A stretch of DNA of 58,543 nucleotides, from positions 1 to 58,543 of the forward strand of contig SKZO01000263.1 in assembly GCA_007127335.1 (NCBI GenBank). Direction: 5' to 3'. The position numbers and the translations under genes are program-made. The notes under the pieces were generated by a model. That model was not told the DNA's origin. It did not search any database and worked only from the letters and a program-made list of their open reading frames with translations. Origin of the DNA: Spirochaetales bacterium (GTDB lineage: Bacteria > Spirochaetota > Spirochaetia > DSM-27196 > SLST01). This document shows positions 53,621-58,543 of the stretch, piece after piece (the stretch's first letter is position 1; each line of letters begins with the position of its first letter).

Positions 53621-54319
53621 GTGCAGTCATGGCTCATCGACTACCAGCGTGGGCTTCGGTGGCTCAGGCGCCATCGACCGCTCCGGGCGCTCGCCTACCT
53701 CGAACGTGCGCTACTCGCCATTCCTACGGACAGGCTTCGCTCGCCGCGCTCGAGCTCCCGGAGAGCGGACCTCGCGCGCCTGTTCTTCTACCTCGGACTC
53801 GGGTTCCGGAAGGCGGGGATGCGCAACCGGGCGATCGGGAGCTGGGTCGAGTCGGCGCGGCTCGACAAGCGCGGGAGGGTTCGACGGAAGCTCTTTCGCG
53901 TCACGAACCGGTACGGTATGGCGCGTCAGGACAGCGCCGAGATCGATGATCAGCAGGCTTTCTACGGCATACAGCTCTCCCGGTACATTCGGTCGAAACA
54001 GTCACACCGGCTCGGGACGCGGGCGGAAATCGACATGATCGCCGAGCTCATCGACGAGCACTGGGTCAGACTCCGCGAGACCGCGGATCTCCCGCGCCTG
54101 ACCTGCGGGCAGAAGCTCGAGCTCTTCCGGAGCATCGTGATCGTCTTCCCCTTTCTCACGGTCCCGCACGATCTGAAGACTGAGGATGTTGCGGTGGACT
54201 TCTCTCATGGCCGCAGGATTACCGACGGCGATCGGTGTGTCTGCGGAAGCGGACTCCCGTACCGGTTGTGTCACGGACGCACACCGGGAGCCGATGAGGC
54301 GCTGATTGGGAAATTCTGA
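53621..54319 (+). CDS. TPR-like protein with a C-terminal SEC-C zinc motif
   Basis: ALAYLERAL...FFYLGLGFRKAG...AIGSW (TPR-like) and CVCGSGLPYRLCHG (SEC-C). Start uncertain (53507-53621). Confidence 0.75.
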   Translation: MQSWLIDYQRGLRWLRRHRPLRALAYLERALLAIPTDRLRSPRSSSRRADLARLFFYLGLGFRKAGMRNRAIGSWVESARLDKRGRVRRKLFRVTNRYGMARQDSAEIDDQQAFYGIQLSRYIRSKQSHRLGTRAEIDMIAELIDEHWVRLRETADLPRLTCGQKLELFRSIVIVFPFLTVPHDLKTEDVAVDFSHGRRITDGDRCVCGSGLPYRLCHGRTPGADEALIGKF

Positions 54320-54453
54320 CACAGTTCCTCGGCTACACTGGTCAACTGGTTCAATATGACTCATCCTCTTCAGAGCGCCCGGGCAGAGCATCGTTCCGTG
54401 CTTCTAAGTCTTTCCTCTGTTTGGAAATAGCAGCTGGCGATATTGGAGTGTTT

Positions 54454-54469
54454 TGGCACGCCCCTTGCT
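54454..54469 (+). promoter_or_regulatory. Sigma-54 (-24/-12) promoter
   Basis: TGGCACGCCCCTTGCT matches TGGCACG-N4-TTGCW, with GG and GC exactly 10 nt apart. It is intergenic and ends 21 nt before the ATG. Confidence 0.85.
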
Positions 54470-54490
54470 TATTCAGAGACGGAGGAAGCA

Positions 54491-55369
54491 ATGGCAGCAG
54501 CTACACCACGGACCCACACGTACACCCGGTCGTCCGGAGATGACGAGAACGTACTCTCCATGTACCTGAAAGAGATCAACAAGATACCGCTTCTCACGCG
54601 CGAGGAAGAGAACCGGTATGCGACTCTCGCCGAACAGGGCGACGAGCTCGCAAAACACAAGCTCGTCCAGGCGAATCTGCGGTTCGTGGTAAACGTGGCG
54701 AAGAAGTACCAGAACCAGGGGCTGCCGCTCTCGGATCTCATCAGCGAGGGAAACATAGGGCTGATGAACGCGATCGAGCGGTTCGATGTCAGCAAGGGGT
54801 ATCACTTCATCTCATACGCTGTCTGGTGGATTCGCCAGGCCATCCTCAAGGCCATCTGCGAGAAGTCACGGATGATCCGGCTCCCGCTGAACCGCGCCAA
54901 TGAGCTTGTCCAGATCGAGAAGGTTCGCAAAGAGATTCAGGGTCGACATGGCGAAGAGGCTGAGATCAAGAAGATCGCCGAGACGCTCAACATGAACCAG
55001 GAGCACGTTGCGGATCTGATCAACATTTCCCGCGAGCTCATCTCACTCGAGACACCGGTCTACAACGAGAAGGACTCGAGTATCCTGGGTGATTTCGTCG
55101 AGGACGAAGGGTACCAGGCTCCGGACTCACACGTCGTGGAGAAGGCTCTCAAAGACGACATCAACTCCATACTCGCGACGCTCACCAGGAAGGAAAGTGA
55201 GATCGTCCAGTACCGATTCGGTCTCAACGGCCGCAGCCCGCTATCGCTCAAAGAGATCGGAGACCGGTACAATCTGACCAAGGAGCGAATCAGGCAGATA
55301 GAGAAGAAGGCGCTGAAGCGCCTGCAGCACCCCAGTCGGGTCGGTCGGCTCGAGGCGTACATTGCATGA
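54491..55369 (+). CDS. Alternative sigma-70-family sigma factor (group 2/RpoS-like, no region 1.1)
   Basis: Region 1.2 MYLKEINKIPLL; region 2 ANLRFVV, DLISEGNIGL, FISYAVWWIRQAI; region 4 LKEIG...KERIRQIE. ATG follows GGAGG. Confidence 0.93.
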   Translation: MAAATPRTHTYTRSSGDDENVLSMYLKEINKIPLLTREEENRYATLAEQGDELAKHKLVQANLRFVVNVAKKYQNQGLPLSDLISEGNIGLMNAIERFDVSKGYHFISYAVWWIRQAILKAICEKSRMIRLPLNRANELVQIEKVRKEIQGRHGEEAEIKKIAETLNMNQEHVADLINISRELISLETPVYNEKDSSILGDFVEDEGYQAPDSHVVEKALKDDINSILATLTRKESEIVQYRFGLNGRSPLSLKEIGDRYNLTKERIRQIEKKALKRLQHPSRVGRLEAYIA

Positions 55370-55391
55370 GTGCAGGCAGCTTGTCGTTACG

Positions 55392-55421
55392 TTGACACTG
55401 TGTGTCATTTCTCCGTAATCT
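55392..55421 (+). promoter_or_regulatory. Putative sigma-70 promoter of ppdK with an overlapping palindrome
   Basis: TTGACA, 18-nt spacer, TAATCT; TGACAC-N3-GTGTCA at 55393-55407. Confidence 0.6.
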
Positions 55422-55471
55422 AGCACTCGACGTTTTTCCTTTCACAAAAAACCATTGGGGGTTTACCAAGC

Positions 55472-58126
<2,655 letters not shown>

Positions 58127-58167
58127 CCCGACGGTTCGGATTGTCGTCCGGACCCGTCCTGCACACC

Positions 58168-58198
58168 AAGGGCTGCCCTCTCGGGGCAGCCTTTTTTT
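58168..58198 (+). terminator. Rho-independent terminator of ppdK
   Basis: GGCTGCCC-TCTCG-GGGCAGCC followed by T7. Confidence 0.9.
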
Positions 58199-58238
58199 GG
58201 TGCGCCCGGCAGGGCGCGGGCATGCGGAAGCCCGGACC

Positions 58239-58264
58239 AAAAAAAAGCCCGGGAAACCCGGGCT
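58239..58264 (-). terminator. Rho-independent terminator of tRNA-Phe
   Basis: A8-GCCCGGG-AAA-CCCGGGC(T); the U-tract is on the minus strand. Confidence 0.88.
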
Positions 58265-58265
58265 C

Positions 58266-58338
58266 TGCCGCCGAACAGAATCGAACTGTTGACACGTGGA
58301 TTTTCAGTCCACTGCTCTACCAACTGAGCTACAGCGGC
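58266..58338 (-). tRNA. tRNA-Phe (GAA)
   Basis: Reverse complement GCCGCTGTAGCTCAGTTGGTAGAGCAGTGGACTGAAAATCCACGTGTCAACAGTTCGATTCTGTTCGGCGGCA. The 3' CCA is not encoded. Confidence 0.97.
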
Positions 58339-58351
58339 GAGATGTCCGTTT

Positions 58352-58380
58352 ATACTATTGATTCGTCACGGTGACGTCAA
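58352..58380 (-). promoter_or_regulatory. Sigma-70 promoter of tRNA-Phe
   Basis: On the minus strand: TTGACG, 17-nt spacer, TAGTAT. Confidence 0.8.
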
Positions 58381-58442
58381 GGTGCACGAACTGCACGAAC
58401 TGCACTCCGAGCGATCGTACACCGGTCTCGTGCGCGGCTTTG

Positions 58443-58471
58443 TTGACCCGGTCGGCAACAGGCCCTATCAT
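58443..58471 (+). promoter_or_regulatory. Sigma-70 promoter for the last, truncated ORF
   Basis: TTGACC, 17-nt spacer, TATCAT. Confidence 0.75.
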
Positions 58472-58477
58472 CGTCGC

Positions 58478-58543
58478 ATGGACAGGCGCAAGCGGGCGAT
58501 CGACGCGTACAGACGGGTGCGGGACGGGAGCGGCGACACGGCC
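58478..58543 (+). CDS. 5' end of an unidentified CDS (truncated by window edge)
   Basis: MDRRKRAIDAYRRVRDGSGDTA is open to the edge and lies right after a strong promoter. Too short to identify. Confidence 0.5.
   Translation, partial: MDRRKRAIDAYRRVRDGSGDTA

Noticed and set aside
55368-55428. CIRCE-like halves (GAGTGC ... TAGCACTC) upstream of ppdK
   Set aside because: The halves are in the wrong order and about 47 nt apart rather than 9.
58266-58440. Genomic island or prophage boundary at tRNA-Phe
   Set aside because: No integrase, no duplicated tRNA 3' end and no obvious compositional shift inside the window.

Overview
A 58.5 kb GC-rich chromosomal window, most likely from a spirochaete (class Spirochaetia). 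Support for that assignment: a spirochaete-type RpoA N-terminus, Asn at the RpoB S531-equivalent position, the murG-cvpA-holB-Hk2-Rrp2 gene order, a DUF6675-like gene, a solitary groES, and ribosomal operons lacking fusA, adk, map, infA and rpsD. Positions 1-26.5 kb are one fused superoperon: rpmG, tRNA-Trp, secE-nusG, rplKAJL, rpoBC, rpsLG, tuf, then S10/spc/alpha. The remainder is housekeeping and accessory genes: a giant acidic-repeat membrane protein, rnhA, comM, htrA, uvrB, a metacaspase-like lipoprotein with a beta-barrel-like partner, murG to Rrp2, wecA-like, a J-domain protein, lysC-asd, PNP, JAB-DinG, groES, a SEC-C protein, an alternative sigma factor, ppdK and tRNA-Phe. I saw no mobile element, CRISPR array or rRNA. 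The most notable observations are: (1) a full-consensus sigma-54 promoter directly upstream of an RpoS-like sigma gene, with an Hk2/Rrp2 pair in the same window, suggesting a Borrelia-like Rrp2-RpoN-RpoS cascade; (2) a densely structured ~250-nt element where fusA normally sits; (3) murG has no ATG/GTG/TTG start upstream of its essential N-terminal motif; (4) a receptor-like protein with a 22x18-bp acidic tandem repeat; (5) a metacaspase lipoprotein/OMP pair; (6) a JAB-DinG fusion; (7) several apparently leaderless genes. All family assignments come from motif recognition by eye; no database search was run.
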